Shown one piece after another: positions 49,504 to 62,427 of a DNA stretch of 64,000 nucleotides. The stretch is from positions 251,536,001 through 251,600,000 of the forward strand of contig NC_086097.1 of NCBI RefSeq assembly GCF_963921235.1, written 5' to 3'. A model generated the notes under the pieces. It saw only the letters and a list, made by a program, of their open reading frames with translations, did not search any database and was not told where the DNA came from. Both the position numbers and the translations under genes were made by a program. This stretch comes from Mobula hypostoma. Lineage: Eukaryota. Each line of letters starts with the position of its first letter. Positions within the stretch are counted from its first letter, which is position 1.

Positions 49504-49530
49504 TAATAATTGCTGTCTTTAAAATTTCAG

Positions 49531-49587
49531 GCTCTTGTGTTGAGTACTGCAGTCCCCACAATAATAGGGTTCAGCATCTGGAAGGAC
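49531..49587 (+). CDS. DPY19L4: DPY19L4 exon (57 nt): ALVLSTAVPTIIGFSIWKD
   Basis: tttcag|GCT ... GAC|gtgagt. Confidence 0.92.
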
Positions 49588-51777
49588 GTGAGTACACTTG
49601 TAGATTCATGTTTCAGCACTGTGATATGTTGTGTTAGCAAGTAGACATGAGTAGAAGTAATTTAGATTGTGGGAAAACTTTTCCAGCAATTGCATTACTT
49701 ATTTTTCAGATTGCTTATTAGGACATAGAACATAGACCAGTACAGCACAGGTACAGGCTATTCAGCCCACAATGTTTTGCTGAACTAATTAAATTAGTAA
49801 TCAAATGGTAAACTAATCCTTTATGTCCATATCCTTCCATCTTCCTTACATTCGTGTGTCTATCTAAGTGTCTCTTAAATCCCTAATGTATCTGCCTCGA
49901 CCACTCTCTGAGTAAAAAACTTAATCCTCATATCTCAAAGTTTCAAAGTACATTTAACTTGGCCCTCTTTACAGAACTCAAAACCCCACAGAACGATAGA
50001 AACATCGAAGCCCTGAAGCCACCCCCCCCAACTTCCCTTTGCACAAGCAGCAGCAAAACCATTGACCCTGTGAAATAACCCTTCTCGCCTTCAATGCATG
50101 CCTTCTGGCATTAGACATTTCAACCCTGAGGAAAGGATACTGCCTGTCTACTCTATCTATACCTGTCATAGTCTTTTAAACCTCTATCAGATCTCCCCTC
50201 AGCCTCCGACACTCCAGAGAAAACAATCTGTTTGTACGACCTCTCTTCATAGCCCATACTCTCTAATCCAGTCAGCATCCTGGTGAAACTCTTCTGCACC
50301 CTCTCCAAAGCCTCAACATCCTTCCTATAATCCGTCCTTATTGTAACTTATAGTAATTTTTATGTATTACACTGGCCTGCTGCCTCAAAATAACATATTT
50401 TAACATATATCAATGATAAAAACCTAATTTCTCCCTTTTGTGGTCCTCATCCTTATTTCCAAACTCCTTATGTGATTTTTGCCCTTCACAAGCTCTGTAT
50501 TCTCCTTCAGCTTCAGATATCTGTACTTCAGGTCATCTCTCACTTAAATACTTGTAGCAGCCCCCTCTTGTCCTGACTCTCTGAATTTCACTTCTTCTCT
50601 TTCTCTCTTAAAACCTCATGTTCGCCAAAATATTTAGTTTTTACCCCGGACTGTAGTCCTTGACTTGGACTCACATTTTGTTTGGTAACGTTGCGATAGA
50701 GTGCCTTGGGATGTTTTGTTGAATGAATTCTTGCATTGTTTATGTATCTGAATGAGGCACGAGTATTAACTCACTTATTAAAATTTGAACAAGGTAAGGC
50801 ATTCTGGATAAGGACATTTATCAGGATGCTGCCTGGATTAGGGAGCTTGTCTTATGAGGATAGATTGAGTGAGTGAGGGCTTTTCTCTGTGGACTGAAAG
50901 AAGTTAAGAGGTTAAGAGACATAGTGGACAGCTATAGACTTATTCCCAGAGCAGAAATGGCTAATGCAAATGGGGATAACTTTAAGGTGATTGGAGGAAA
51001 GTATAGGGGGGGATGTCAGAGGTAATTTCTTTACACAGAGAGTGGTGGGTGTGTGGAATGTGCTGCCAGGGGTGGTGGTAGAGACAGATATATTAAGGAC
51101 GTTTAAGAGACCTTTAGGTAGGCACATGGGTAATAGAAAAATGGAGGTCTGTGTGGGAGGGAAAGGTTAGATTGATCTTAGAGTAAGTTCAAAAGTTAGA
51201 ACAGTATTATGGGCTGTACAGTGCTAAGTTCTATTAATCTCCTCTAACCTGGTTCCCATGCCCCTGCCAAACTAACTTACCTCCAAAAGCACTTGCCAAT
51301 CTGCCCGCAAGAATGTTGATCTCCCTCAAGTTCAGGTGCGACCCATCATTTTTGTACAGGTCATACCTGCCCCAGAAAGGATCCAATGATCCACAAGTCA
51401 CTAGGGCCAGAGCGCACAGGCTCAGGAAAGAAGGACGTTCTTTTAGAACAGAGATGAGGAGCAATTTGTTTAGCCAGAGGGTGGTGAATCTGTGGAACTC
51501 GTTGCCCCAGACGGCTTTGGAGGACATATCATTGTGTATATTTAAGATGGAAGTTTGATGGGTTCTGGATTAGTAAAGGTGTCAAAGGTTATGGGGTTGA
51601 GAGGGATAATAAATCAGCCATGATGGAATGGCAGAGCAGACTCAATGGGCCGAATGGCCTAATTCTGCTCCTGTGTCTTATGGTCTAAGCACTGATGTTG
51701 TGCATTTAGTATTTCAGTAATACTTGAGTAATCTTGTATATATATTGTTTGATTAAGCATTCTTGTTTATTTAAATA

Positions 51778-52320
51778 CGTTTCCCCCGCTATCCGAAGGT
51801 AGAGCGTTCCTATGAAACCGTTCGTAAGCCGAAATGGCATAAAGCGAAGAAGCAATTACTATTAATTTATATGGGAAAATTTTTTGAGCGTTCTCAGACC
51901 CAAAAAATAACCTACCAAATCATACCAAATAGCACATAAAACCTAAAATAACACTAACATATAGTGAAAGCAGGAATGATATGATAAATAGACAGCCTAT
52001 GTAAAGTAGAAATAATGTATGTACAGTGTAGTTTCACTTAACAGATTCGGGAAGTTTGAGCCAAAATTGGCACGTACACGCATGTGCACGTCACGCATTC
52101 GCACGTACACCCTTTCGCACATCACGCATGCGCACACACTTGCCTGCACAAGGCTTCATGGTCATGGTAGTCTTTCTCGGGGTAAACACAAGTTTAAAGC
52201 GAGCGTCTTTTTTTGTAAAAGCGAAAATCCTCTTTTGGTTAACGAAAACAGGTACTAATGTAGGTCTTTTGTAAAAGCGAAATGTCGTAAAGAGAACGTT
52301 CGGAAAGCGGGGGACACCTG
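51778..52320. mobile_element. Tigger/pogo-like MITE
   Basis: TA flanks; TIRs cgtttcccccgctatccgaa / ttcggaaagcgggggacacctg; CpG-rich. Confidence 0.75.
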
Positions 52321-52622
52321 TAATTCATTACAGATTGTATGTATAAATACATGAATTGTGTACGTCATCACATTACCACGCAATACGTATATGCCTCGCT
52401 TAAAGTGAAAGCACAAAGTTAGACTCACATTTTGGACTGTCATGTCTTCTTTTGAATTAGTTTAATGTTTTGGAAGTCACAGAACTTGACAGATAGTGTA
52501 TCATTAGTATGGTGTTACCTTCTGGAGAAGAAGGCAAGAGAATTGATGCTGAAATTGTGCATTTGACTTCTTTATGTTGGTTTTGTTGAGCTTTACACAT
52601 TTAACTTTTAAAATTACTTCAG

Positions 52623-52705
52623 TTCTTTCCAGATGTAATGAGTGAACTTTCTGAACTTCAGGAATTTTATGATTCTGATACTGTGGAGCTGATGAACTGG
52701 ATCAA
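52623..52705 (+). CDS. DPY19L4: DPY19L4 exon (83 nt): [27 protein letters not shown](K)
   Basis: cttcag|TTC ... ATCAA|gtaagt. Confidence 0.93.
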
Positions 52706-53959
52706 GTAAGTTGTTACACCAGTACGCATTTTTTAAAATTGGTCTTGCAGAATCAGTCAAAGTCCTGTGGGCACCCTGCATCTGATGGTGTAGTCCTGAA
52801 ACTCAGTGGTAAAGTTCAAAGTACGTGAGGTCACCATATACAACCCTGACACAGTAGAACAAAGTAATACAATAGAATCGAGGGACACCATACAACAAAG
52901 GCTGACAAACAACCAATGTGTAATAGAAGACTAACTGTGCAAATACAAAAAAGAAACAAATAATACTGAGAACGTGAGTTGTAGAGTCCATGAATGTAGG
53001 TCTATAGGTCGTGGAATCAGTTCAGTGTTGAGTTAGAGTGTACACCTCAAAACACACCATTGCTAACTCATCAGTGCTAGTTTGTTATCAAATTCAAAAC
53101 TTTAAGATGATACAAATTGGGGGTGGCGTGGTAGCATAGTCGTTAGCATAACACTTTACAATACCAGTGGCCTGGGTTTGATTATTGCTGCTCTTTATCA
53201 ATCCATTCAGTAAGGGCGTGGCTTAACTGTGGTCTAATACCATTTGCTCACTGTTGCTCAATATCTCCTACTATCGGTTAATGATAACTTACTGAAGATT
53301 CAAGATCTTCAAGATTGTGTATTGTTATTATTCAGTATATGAGTGTAAAGGAGAACGAAATGATTGTTACTCTATATGTCACCCTATACAACCCTGAGTT
53401 TCATTTACTTGCGGGCATTTGCAGTAGAACAAAGAAATACAATAGAATCAATGAAAAACTACATGCAAAGACTGACAACCAATCTGCAAATGTGAAAAAA
53501 ATAATAATGAATAGATAGGTAAATAAATAACACTGAGAACAAGAGTTGTTGAGTCCTTGAAAGTAAATCCATAGGTTGTAGAATCAGTTCAGCTCAATAG
53601 AAATGGTAATTTGGATAATTTTTTTACTACTAATGTGGATATAATGACCAATTTTTAAAAGTAACTAGGGAATCATGGTTTTAGCCCAATCTTTCATGAC
53701 AGACCACAACCTTTCATTTCTTTCCAAGGTCAGATGGGGAGCTGAACATCTTCAGATAAAGTGCCAGCAGCTTAAGACAGAAAGAGGATTAGCTCTCACG
53801 GTGATGGGGCACGTGCCGTGCTTGAAGCTGCCTCACTAATGTGCACAACTGAGCTTCTTCATGCAGCTGAGTTTGGCAACTTTAGTTGGAAACGTACAGA
53901 TTCGTGCATAGTAGCATTTTAATTTGCTGCCCGTCCTTCTACATTGGTTATGAAAGACT

Positions 53960-54665
53960 ACATTACTAAATGGGAGGAAATACAAAAATCTGAGTTGCGA
54001 AGGGACCTGGGAGTCCTCATTCAGGATCCACTAAAAGGTTAACTTGCAGGTTGAGTCAGTTGGTGTTAGCATTCGTTTCAAGAGGACTAGAATATAAGAA
54101 CAAGGATGTAATTCTGAGGCTTTATAAGGTACTGGTGAGACTGCACTTGGGGTATTGTGAGTAGTTTTGGACCTTTTATCAAAGAAAGTATGTACTGGCA
54201 TTGGAGGGGGTCCAGCAGAGGTTCATGATTTTGGGAATTAAAGAGTTAACAAATGAGCATTTGATGGCTCTGGGCCTGTACTCACCAGAGTTTAGAAGAA
54301 TGAGGGGGATCTCACTGAAACCTGTCGAATGTTGAAAGGCCTGGAGGACTGGTGGTGCCGAGAATGTTCCCTATAGTGGGTGAGTTTAGGACCAAGGGCA
54401 CAGTTGCAGAATAGAGGGACATCTATTTAGAATGGAGATGAGAAGGCGTTTCTTTAGCCAGGGGTGGTGAATCTGGAATTCACTGCCGCAGACATCTGTG
54501 GAGGCCAAGCGGTTGGGTGTATTTGAAGTGGAGGTTGATAGGTTCCTCATTAGTCAGGGTGTCGAAGGTTATGGTGAGAATAGGAGAATGGGGTTGAGAG
54601 AGATCATAAATGATCACGATTGAATAGTGGAGCAGACTCAAGGTGCCAAATGGCTGATTAGGAGC
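53960..54665 (+). mobile_element. CR1 3' fragment. Other CR1 pieces at ~50810-51230(+), ~51398-51686(+), ~55235-55780(+) and ~57292-57615(-)
   Basis: Similarity to the CR1 ORF2 C-terminus and 3' UTR seen elsewhere in the window. Confidence 0.75.
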
Positions 54666-54849
54666 CAAGATAATTGCATTTTCCTACCGTGGTATCTGGT
54701 AGCAGCTGGGCAGGCCAGTAACACAAACAGAAAAGTCTTCAGTCCGTTGTTTGCAATATTAATGTAACAATCTGAAAAAAAGTTACTGAGAAATGCATAC
54801 AGCCTTTTTAGGCCAAATCTACAGTATTGCATACAGTCCTTATTGCTCG

Positions 54850-55230
54850 CTGGAAGGTGCTTCATCTTTGGCGGTGTTCAGAGCTTCCTTCATCGTGTCA
54901 GAAGCTTCCTCTCGGTTTTCACTACTGTCAGCCATGCAAGTCCTGCTTGGAGACTCAGGAATACTAACGCACTCAGATGTAGAATGATTCTTCATTGCTA
55001 TTTCTGTAACAGTTTTGTTTGACCAGTCAGGGTTGTTAGCCCTGAGCTGAACCCCTGAATCTGGAGGACCAGTGGGCCACTCTTAGTCTGTCCTCTACCC
55101 TTTGCCCTGTTTGGCATGGGTGACCCTATCAAGAGCCAAAGCATAAAGTCCTGGCTCCAGCCAACATAGCTCTCTGGCTGATTGAGACATGCGAGCCTCC
55201 AAGCCATGACAAGGTTGTGGTCCTCTTGGT
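54850..55230 (-). mobile_element. RTE/Expander-type 5'-UTR-like non-autonomous element
   Basis: Minus-strand agagctatg...tagggtcacccatgcc...ggtcctccag...gggctaacaaccct resembles RTE leaders as recalled. Confidence 0.45.
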
Positions 55231-58200
55231 GGTGTACATTTCTGGTTGCCCCCATTATAGGAAGGGTGCTGGGGCTTTGGCAGGGTGCAAGAGAGCTTCA
55301 CCAGGATGCTGCCTGGATTAGAGGGCATGTGCTATAATGAGGGGTAGGACAAACTTGGGTTGTTTACACTGGAGTGGCGGAGGTTGAGTGGAGATCCGAT
55401 AGCAGTTTATAAAATTATGAGAGGCTTAGACAGAATAGACAGACAGCATCTTTTTCCACCGATTGAAATGTCTAATACCAGAAGGCATGCATGTTATGTG
55501 AGAGGGGTTAGTTTTAAAGGTGAGGTGAGAGGCGAGTTTTTTTTACACGGAGAGTGATGGGTGCCTGGAATGCGCTGCCTGGAGTGGTGGTAGAGGCAGA
55601 TACATTAGCGACTTTTAAAAGACATTTAGATAGGCATGTGAATGTGAGGAAAATGGAAGGATACGGCCATTGGGTAGGCAGAGGGAACTAGTTTGGTTGG
55701 CCATTTGATTACCAATTTAATTGGTTCAGCACAACATTGTGGGCCGAAGGGCCTGTTCTGCTGAACTGTTCTGTGTTCTAATACTGAGACATTTGTTTTG
55801 AAATGTTTTTGAACTATGCAATGGATTTCACAATGGAATATTAAAATAATATTGCTGATTTGTTTTTGGAGAACACAGGTAGTTTGTTTTATGGATTACC
55901 TTGCACAATATGCTGTGCTGTTTGTCGGATATTTTTAATGCTGTCTATCCAATTCCAAAAAGTTCATGGCAATTTTTTGGACATGAGGGGATCATGGTAA
56001 TCGTAGGGAGGCTGAGGATTTTAAATAGGAGTATCTCATTTGCATAATGTTGATCTTCATGCTGAAGAAAAGCTGCCCTTTTAAAAATACCTGAATGGTT
56101 GTTTTTGCCTCTTTCTCCCTTTTGTATTATGTTATCATTTAAGAAAATAAGAAAGTGACAGGTTGCTTTGTAACGCTGAGTTGTATGGGAACCACTTCTA
56201 GATTTCCCAAAAGAAGTTTTAAGCCACTCATTCACTGCTTAGAAGTATGAGATCTATTTTTGCCCCACCACTGACAGTTTTCACTGAAAAGATTGCAATC
56301 TTCAGGAAGATTACAAGGATCATAGATTCTTTTCTAAAAGAGCTGCCTTCTGAAAAACGCTATAGGGATATTAAAACAAAAACTTCACGCCATCTTAAAA
56401 GTTTCTTCCCCCAGGCAGTTAGTCTGATTCAGAATCACCGACACATGTTGTGAAATTTGACTTAGCACCATCAGTACAATAATAGAAAAAAAACTGTAAA
56501 TTGCAATAAGTATATGTATATATTTAAAAGTTAAATTAAATAAATAGTGCAAAAATAGAAATAAAAACGGTGGTGAGGTAGTATTCATGGATTCAATGTC
56601 CATTCAGAAATCAGATGGCAGAGGGGAAGAAGCTGTTCCTGAATTGCTGAGTGTGTGCCTTCAGGCTCCTGTACCTCCTACCTGATGGTAACCGTGTGAA
56701 CAAGGCATGACCTGAGTGATGGGGGTCCTTAATGACAGACATCACCTTTTTAAGGCGTTGCTTCTTGAAGATGTCCTGGATCTTGGGGAGACTAGTGCCC
56801 AAGATGGAGCAGACTAACTTTACAACTCTCTGCAGCTTGCTTCGATCCTGTGCAGTAGTGCCCCCCGCCCATACCAGACAGTGATGCAGCCAGTTAGAAT
56901 ATTCTGTATTTGGAGAAGGTTTCAAGTGTTTTAAGTGACAAACCAAATGCTTGAAACTGCTAATGAAGTATAGCCACTGGCTGGCCTCTTTTGCAGCTGC
57001 ATCGATATGTTGAGTCCAAGACAGATCCTCAGAGTTATTCACAACCAGGAACTTTCAATTGCTCGCTGTCTCCACTTTTGTCCTTCTATGAGGACAGGTG
57101 TGTGTTCCATCGTCTTACCCTTTCAAGCATTCAAATTAGCCCCCCCCCCCATACCTTCTCTATCTATTACCCCCATCACTGCACTGCATTGTAAACAGTT
57201 TAAACCATTTTTTATAACACTGTTTATAATGCAAGAGTTCCTTTTGCCAAGAATCATTTTGTCACTATCACTTTTTGTCAGTCATCTCATGTTAGACCAT
57301 AAAACAGAGAAGCAGAATTAGGCCATTTGGCCCCTCAAGTCTGCTGCGCCATTCCATCATGACAGATTTAGTATCCCTCATGCCCTTGATGCTCTGACCA
57401 ATCAAGAGCCTATTAAACTGGGCTTTAAATATACCCAATGTCTTGGACTCCACAGCTGTCTGTGGCAACGAATTCCACAGATTCACCACCCTCATCTCTG
57501 TTCTAAAGGGACACTCTTCTATTTTAAGGCTGAGCTCTCTGGTCCGAGACTCTCCCACTATAGGAAATATTCTCTACGTCCACTCTATCGAGGCCTTTCA
57601 ATATAGGTTTCAGTTGGATCCCCCACCCCCACCCCCACTTATAGGAGTATGTACAGATACTGCTGCACTCTATGTACAATCAGTCTACCTATGTGAGCTC
57701 ATCTTATGTGTATATGGCCATAGTCACTCACTTGTACATTGTGTTTTATAGGATTGCTTTCATATTTGGGTTTATTGTGTTTTTTATGCTGATTGTGTTT
57801 ATTTTATGCTGCTTCAGATCCCGAAAACAATAATTTTGTTCTCCTTTACACTTGTGAACTGAAGAATGACAGTAAACAATCTTGAAACTTGAATTGTAAA
57901 TGTACGCTGGTATTTGCATGTTTATACATATTTTATTCCATATCTGTACTTTAACCTCTAAGTTTACTTTAATGTAATTCTTTATAATTGTTGAATATTG
58001 GTGTTTTTTGTTGCATGTCACACCCTGACCAACACAGCACAGCAAATTCCTGATACAGTTAAAAGTATATGGCAAAATAAAGTTGAGCATTGGTTGCATA
58101 CATGTCACCAGATGGTACCCAGAGATTCATTTTCTTGCAGGCATTCCCAGTAAATACAAAGAAACACAATAAAATCAATGAAAAACTGCACACCAGGATT

Positions 58201-58458
58201 GACAAACAATCAATGTGCAAAAGACAGTAAAATGCAAATACAAAAAGAAAGAATATTAATAGTAATAAACAAATAAGCAATAAATATCGAGAACATGAGA
58301 TAAGAGTCCTGGAAAGTGCGACTATAGTTTGCAGGAACAGTTCAGTGATGGTGTGAGTGGTTTTCCTCTCAAGTTCAGGAGCCTGATTTTCAACACAGTT
58401 CTGTTGTTAATAGTTAGTATATTGAAAGAGATCCTTACTATTGCTCCCAATTCTCCAG

Positions 58459-58591
58459 AAGACAAACTCCCAGTGCAGCCGTGTTTGCGGGAAGCATGCA
58501 GCTCATGGGAACTGTGAAACTCTGCACGGGTCGGACAGTGACAACCCACCCACTCTACTCCGATAGAGACCTGAGAAAGCGCACAGAGGAG
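58459..58591 (+). CDS. DPY19L4: DPY19L4 exon (133 nt): (K)RQTPSAAVFAGSMQLMGTVKLCTGRTVTTHPLYSDRDLRKRTEE
   Basis: ctccag|A ... GAG|gtgagt; AVFAGS..KLCTG motif. Confidence 0.94.
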
Positions 58592-58982
58592 GTGAGTGCT
58601 TCACTTTGGCTTATCGAGATGCATATCTAAGTTCCAGTAGGTTGAGATTATACAGTTAATGTATACATCACAGTTGAAGGGATTGTGTCTGGCCGTAAAT
58701 TGCACCAGTAAACCATAGTTAACAAGGAATCTGGTTGGATATTTGATGATCATCGTAGCATTCTGTGACACCGCTGTTCAATAATATAGCAATACACTTT
58801 CAATGATCATTCATCAATGATAGCCACTTGGGTGAAATACCGAAGATCTAGTGCCTTTACTGTTATCTCTCTGAAAGAGTTAGCATTTTCTTTACTGTTG
58901 TTTACCCTCCCCCTTCCCTCTTCATTTCCCTGCTTTGGCCTCTTACCTCTTCTATTAGCCTGCCTATCACCTGCCCCTGCTG

Positions 58983-61020
58983 CCATAAGACCATAAGACG
59001 TAGGAGCTGAATTAAGGCAATTTGACCCATCGAGTCTGCTCCACCATTTAATCATGGCTGATGCAATTTACCTCCCAGCCCCAATATCCTGCCTCCCCCC
59101 CCCGCAATATCCTACCTCCCCTCCCATTTCCCTTCATGCTCTGACCAATCAAGAATCTATCAACCTCTGCCTTAAATATACAGAAAGAGTTGGCCTCCAC
59201 AGCCATTTGTAGCAAACAATTCCACAGATTCACCACTCTCTGGCTAAAGAAATTCCACCTCGCCTCTGATCTAAAAGGACACTCCTCTATTCTGAGGCTG
59301 TGTCCTCTGGTCTCTGACTCTCCCACCATAAGAAACATCCTCCCCCCCCCCATCTACTCCATCCAGGCCTTTCACAATTCGACAGGTTTCAATGAGATCA
59401 GCACTCATTCTTCTGAGTTCTAGTGAATACAGGCCCAGAGCCATCAAACACTCTTCATATGACAAGCCATTCAATCCTGGAATCATTTTTGTGAACCTCC
59501 TTTGAACCCTCTCCAGTTTCAGCACATCCTTTCCAAAATAAAGGGCCAAAAACCGCTCACAATACTTCATATGAGGCCTCACCAGCGCTTTATGAAGTCT
59601 CAGCATTACACTGTTGCTTTTATATTCTAGTCCTCTTGAATGCTGTCATTGCATTTGCCTTCCTCACCACAGACTTTATCCATGCTGACTGTGACCTGCT
59701 GTACCATGTGTCTCCAAGTACCCTGACACCAAATAATGAACTCCAACATTTTCCCAAACATTGAGGTCAGACTAACTGGTCTATAGTTTCCTTTCTTTTG
59801 CCTCTCTCCCTTCTTGAGGAGTGGAATGAGATTTGCAATTTTTCAGTCTTCCAGAACCATTCCAGAATCTAGTGATTCTTGAAAGATTATTAGGCCTTCA
59901 GACTTTTTAGTTTCCTAAGAACCTTCTCCCTAGTAATGGTAACTTCACACACCCCATGACCTCTGACACCTGGGACTTCCACCATACTGCTAGTGTCATT
60001 CACAGTGAAGACTGATGCAAAATACTTATTCACTTTATCCACCATTTCCTTGTCCCCCATTGCTACCTCTCTGGCATCATTTTCCAGCAGTCTGATATCC
60101 ACTCTCGCATCTCTTTTACACTTCATATATCTGAAGAAACGTTTGGTATCCTCTTTAATATCATTGGCTAGCTTACTTTCATATTCCATCTTTACCTTCT
60201 TAATGACTTTTTAGTTGCCTTCTATTGGTTTTTAAAAGCTTCCGAATCTTCTAACTTCCCTCTAATTTTGTTCTATTATATGCCCTCTGTTTAGCTTTTA
60301 CGTTGGCTTTGATTTCTCTTGTTAGCCATGGTTGTGTAATCTTTCCTTTAGAATACTTCTTCCTCTTCGGGATGTATTTATCCTGTGCCTTCCGAATTGC
60401 TTCCAGAAATTCTAGATGTCGTAGCTATGCCATCATTTCTGCCAGTGTTTTTTTTCCAATTGTAATTTCCTTTACACCACTGTAATACTGATACATCTGA
60501 CTGTAGCTTCTCCTCAAATTTCATGGTGAGTTCTATCAACCTATGGTCAATTGCCCCATTTGGTTCATTGCACAACACCCAATCCATAATGGCTGATCCC
60601 CTCACAAACAAGAGAAAATCTGCAGATGCTGGAAATCCGAGCAACACACACAAAATGCTGGAGGAACTCAGCAGGCCAGGCGGCATCTATGGGAAAAGTA
60701 CAGTCGACATCAACTGTACTCTTCTCCTAGATGCTGCCTGGCCTGCTCAGTTCCTCCAGCATTTTGTATGTATAGCTGATCTCCTCGTGGGCCCAACCAC
60801 AAGCTGCTCTAGAAAGCCATCTTGTAGACATTCTAGAAAATCCCCCTTTTAGAATCCAGCGCCAACCGGATTTTCCCAGTCTATCTGCATATTGCAATCC
60901 CCAGTAATTATTGTAACATTGCCATTTTAGCATGCATTTTATATCTCCCATTGTAATTTGTAGACCACATCCTTACTAATGTTTGGGGGTTTGTATACAA
61001 CTTCCATCTGCATCTTTTTA
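58983..61020 (-). mobile_element. CR1 LINE with internal deletions
   Basis: LVRPHMKYC, KYFASVFTV, AIMDWVLCNEP; ccataagaccataag tail. Confidence 0.85.
60603..60771. mobile_element. Penelope-derived palindromic element inserted in CR1
   Basis: ~60-bp inverted arms; 14-bp TSD with 2 mismatches (60589-60602, 60772-60785). Confidence 0.75.
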
Positions 61021-61024
61021 GTCG

Positions 61025-62225
61025 TCAAGTCAAGTGAAATTTATTGTCATTTAATTACATATATGTATATAACCATATATATAGAAACGAGACAATGTTC
61101 CTCCGAACCGGGATGCAAAGCACAGTAGTACACATGTAGGCCCCTGGTAAGCCTCAGGCTCGCTTCCATCTGGGGAGAGCAGCCTTTGGCCCCGCCAAAC
61201 TGGGTAATCAAGTTTGGGAGTTTGCTGTGTGTTGTATCCCCTGTGTAACATCTGTACCTTGAAATAACATTCAGTCCACAATGTGCGGTTAAACGATTAA
61301 GATCTTATATTTAAGTATGGGGTTAGTAGAGAACAAAAGAAAAGGAAAACAAATAAAAGACACCAATAATCTCATAAACATGTCCAATGCACAAACGTTG
61401 GAGCTCACGGATTCCCTGTCGCTGATCCTCCTTGGCTCGTCATCGACCCCTGGGCTCCTGCCCCAAGCCCAGGCCCAGCGGGTCCGGCAACCGTCTCTTC
61501 AAGCCACGTCTTCTCTCTTCATCCTCCTCATGCCTTCTCCCCAAAGTCCACGCAACTAACAGCTTTCACATAGACAAAAGAATAACATCTATCCCAGTTG
61601 GTTAACAAGCGAATACAAGTCCTGTTATCACTAATTATAATCCAAACATACTGCTATAGAGAATCACTGTCTTAACCGTTAACAGTACAGAGAAGCCATT
61701 TTATTCACCTTAGCAGTAACATAAAAGAAACCCTTACACACATAACACAGAATAACCTATGAAGGTAAAGATAAAATCTACAGATGAATCGCACTTAAGC
61801 AACAAACAAAAGTGCATTGATGATAAATATTGTAAGGTACAGAACAGATTAACCAGTCACACATTCGAATTTGATGCAGCTGGGAGTTCCTGACCCCTCT
61901 TGTTTTTATGCATCATAGTCTCCTGCCTGATGGTGGAGAGTCAAAGAAGATGCTGATTGATGGGTGGGATCCTCAGTAATACTAAGGACACTGCGTAAGC
62001 AGCGCTCCTGATAGATTTCCCCGATGGATGGTAGGGAGACCCCTATGATCCTCTCAGCTGTTCTCATAGCCCTTTGGAGGGACTTCTGGTCCAATGCTCG
62101 GCTGCTCCCAGACCAGATGGAGATGCAACTTGTCAGGACGCTCTCAATGGTGTTTTTGTAAAATGCAGTTAAGATCGGGAGTGGAAGCCTTGTTTGCCAC
62201 AATCTTCTTCACTGTTGTGCCTTCT
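61025..62225 (-). mobile_element. Rex/Babar 3' fragment (same family as 42470-42958) split by a solo LTR
   Basis: ORF 61906..62202: ILTAFYKNTIESVLT; caagtcaagt tail at 61026. Confidence 0.75.
61135..61738. mobile_element. Probable solo LTR (Gypsy-like), 604 bp
   Basis: TGTAGG...CCTTACA termini; 4-bp TSD CACA (61131-61134, 61739-61742). Confidence 0.65.
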
Positions 62226-62427
62226 TGTTCAGGGTTTTACCCTTGCAGTTCCTTAGCTTTATCCACAATGATTCAACACCTTCCTCTTTCTAGTGATTTG
62301 ATTTCAGATTTTATCAACAGGGCAATGCCACCCCCTCTGTCTTCCTGCCTATCCTTTCATTACAATGTGTATCCTTGGGCATTAAACTCCCAGCTATAAT
62401 CTTCTTTCAGCTATATGTTGCCTATCA

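Larger units (their letters stand above)
2439..58591 (+). other. DPY19L4: Partial multi-exon gene span: DPY19-like 4 (probable C-mannosyltransferase family), 14 internal coding exons
   Basis: 14 AG/GT-bounded exons join in frame to 533 codons, colinear with human DPY19L4 as recalled (EREISFQ.DS, PLRENWALPYFA, GERPE, LQEFYD.DTVELM.WIK, AVFAGS.QLMG..KLCTG). Start and stop exons not seen in the window. Confidence 0.93.

Noticed and set aside
51695..52491. Possible solo LTR hosting the Tigger-like MITE
   Set aside because: TG...CA ends are plausible but no matching TSD was found
55020..55228. Possible HDV-like or twister ribozyme in the RTE-like leader (GAGGACC/GGTCCTC pairing, GGCTAA)
   Set aside because: Could not place P1.1, P2 and P3 in the required order
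2439..58591. Assignment to DPY19L3 or DPY19L1, or pseudogene status
   Set aside because: Most exons match recalled L4-specific sequence (FQ.DS, AVPTIIG, LWMT.FKWLRL); all splice sites are canonical and the frame is intact
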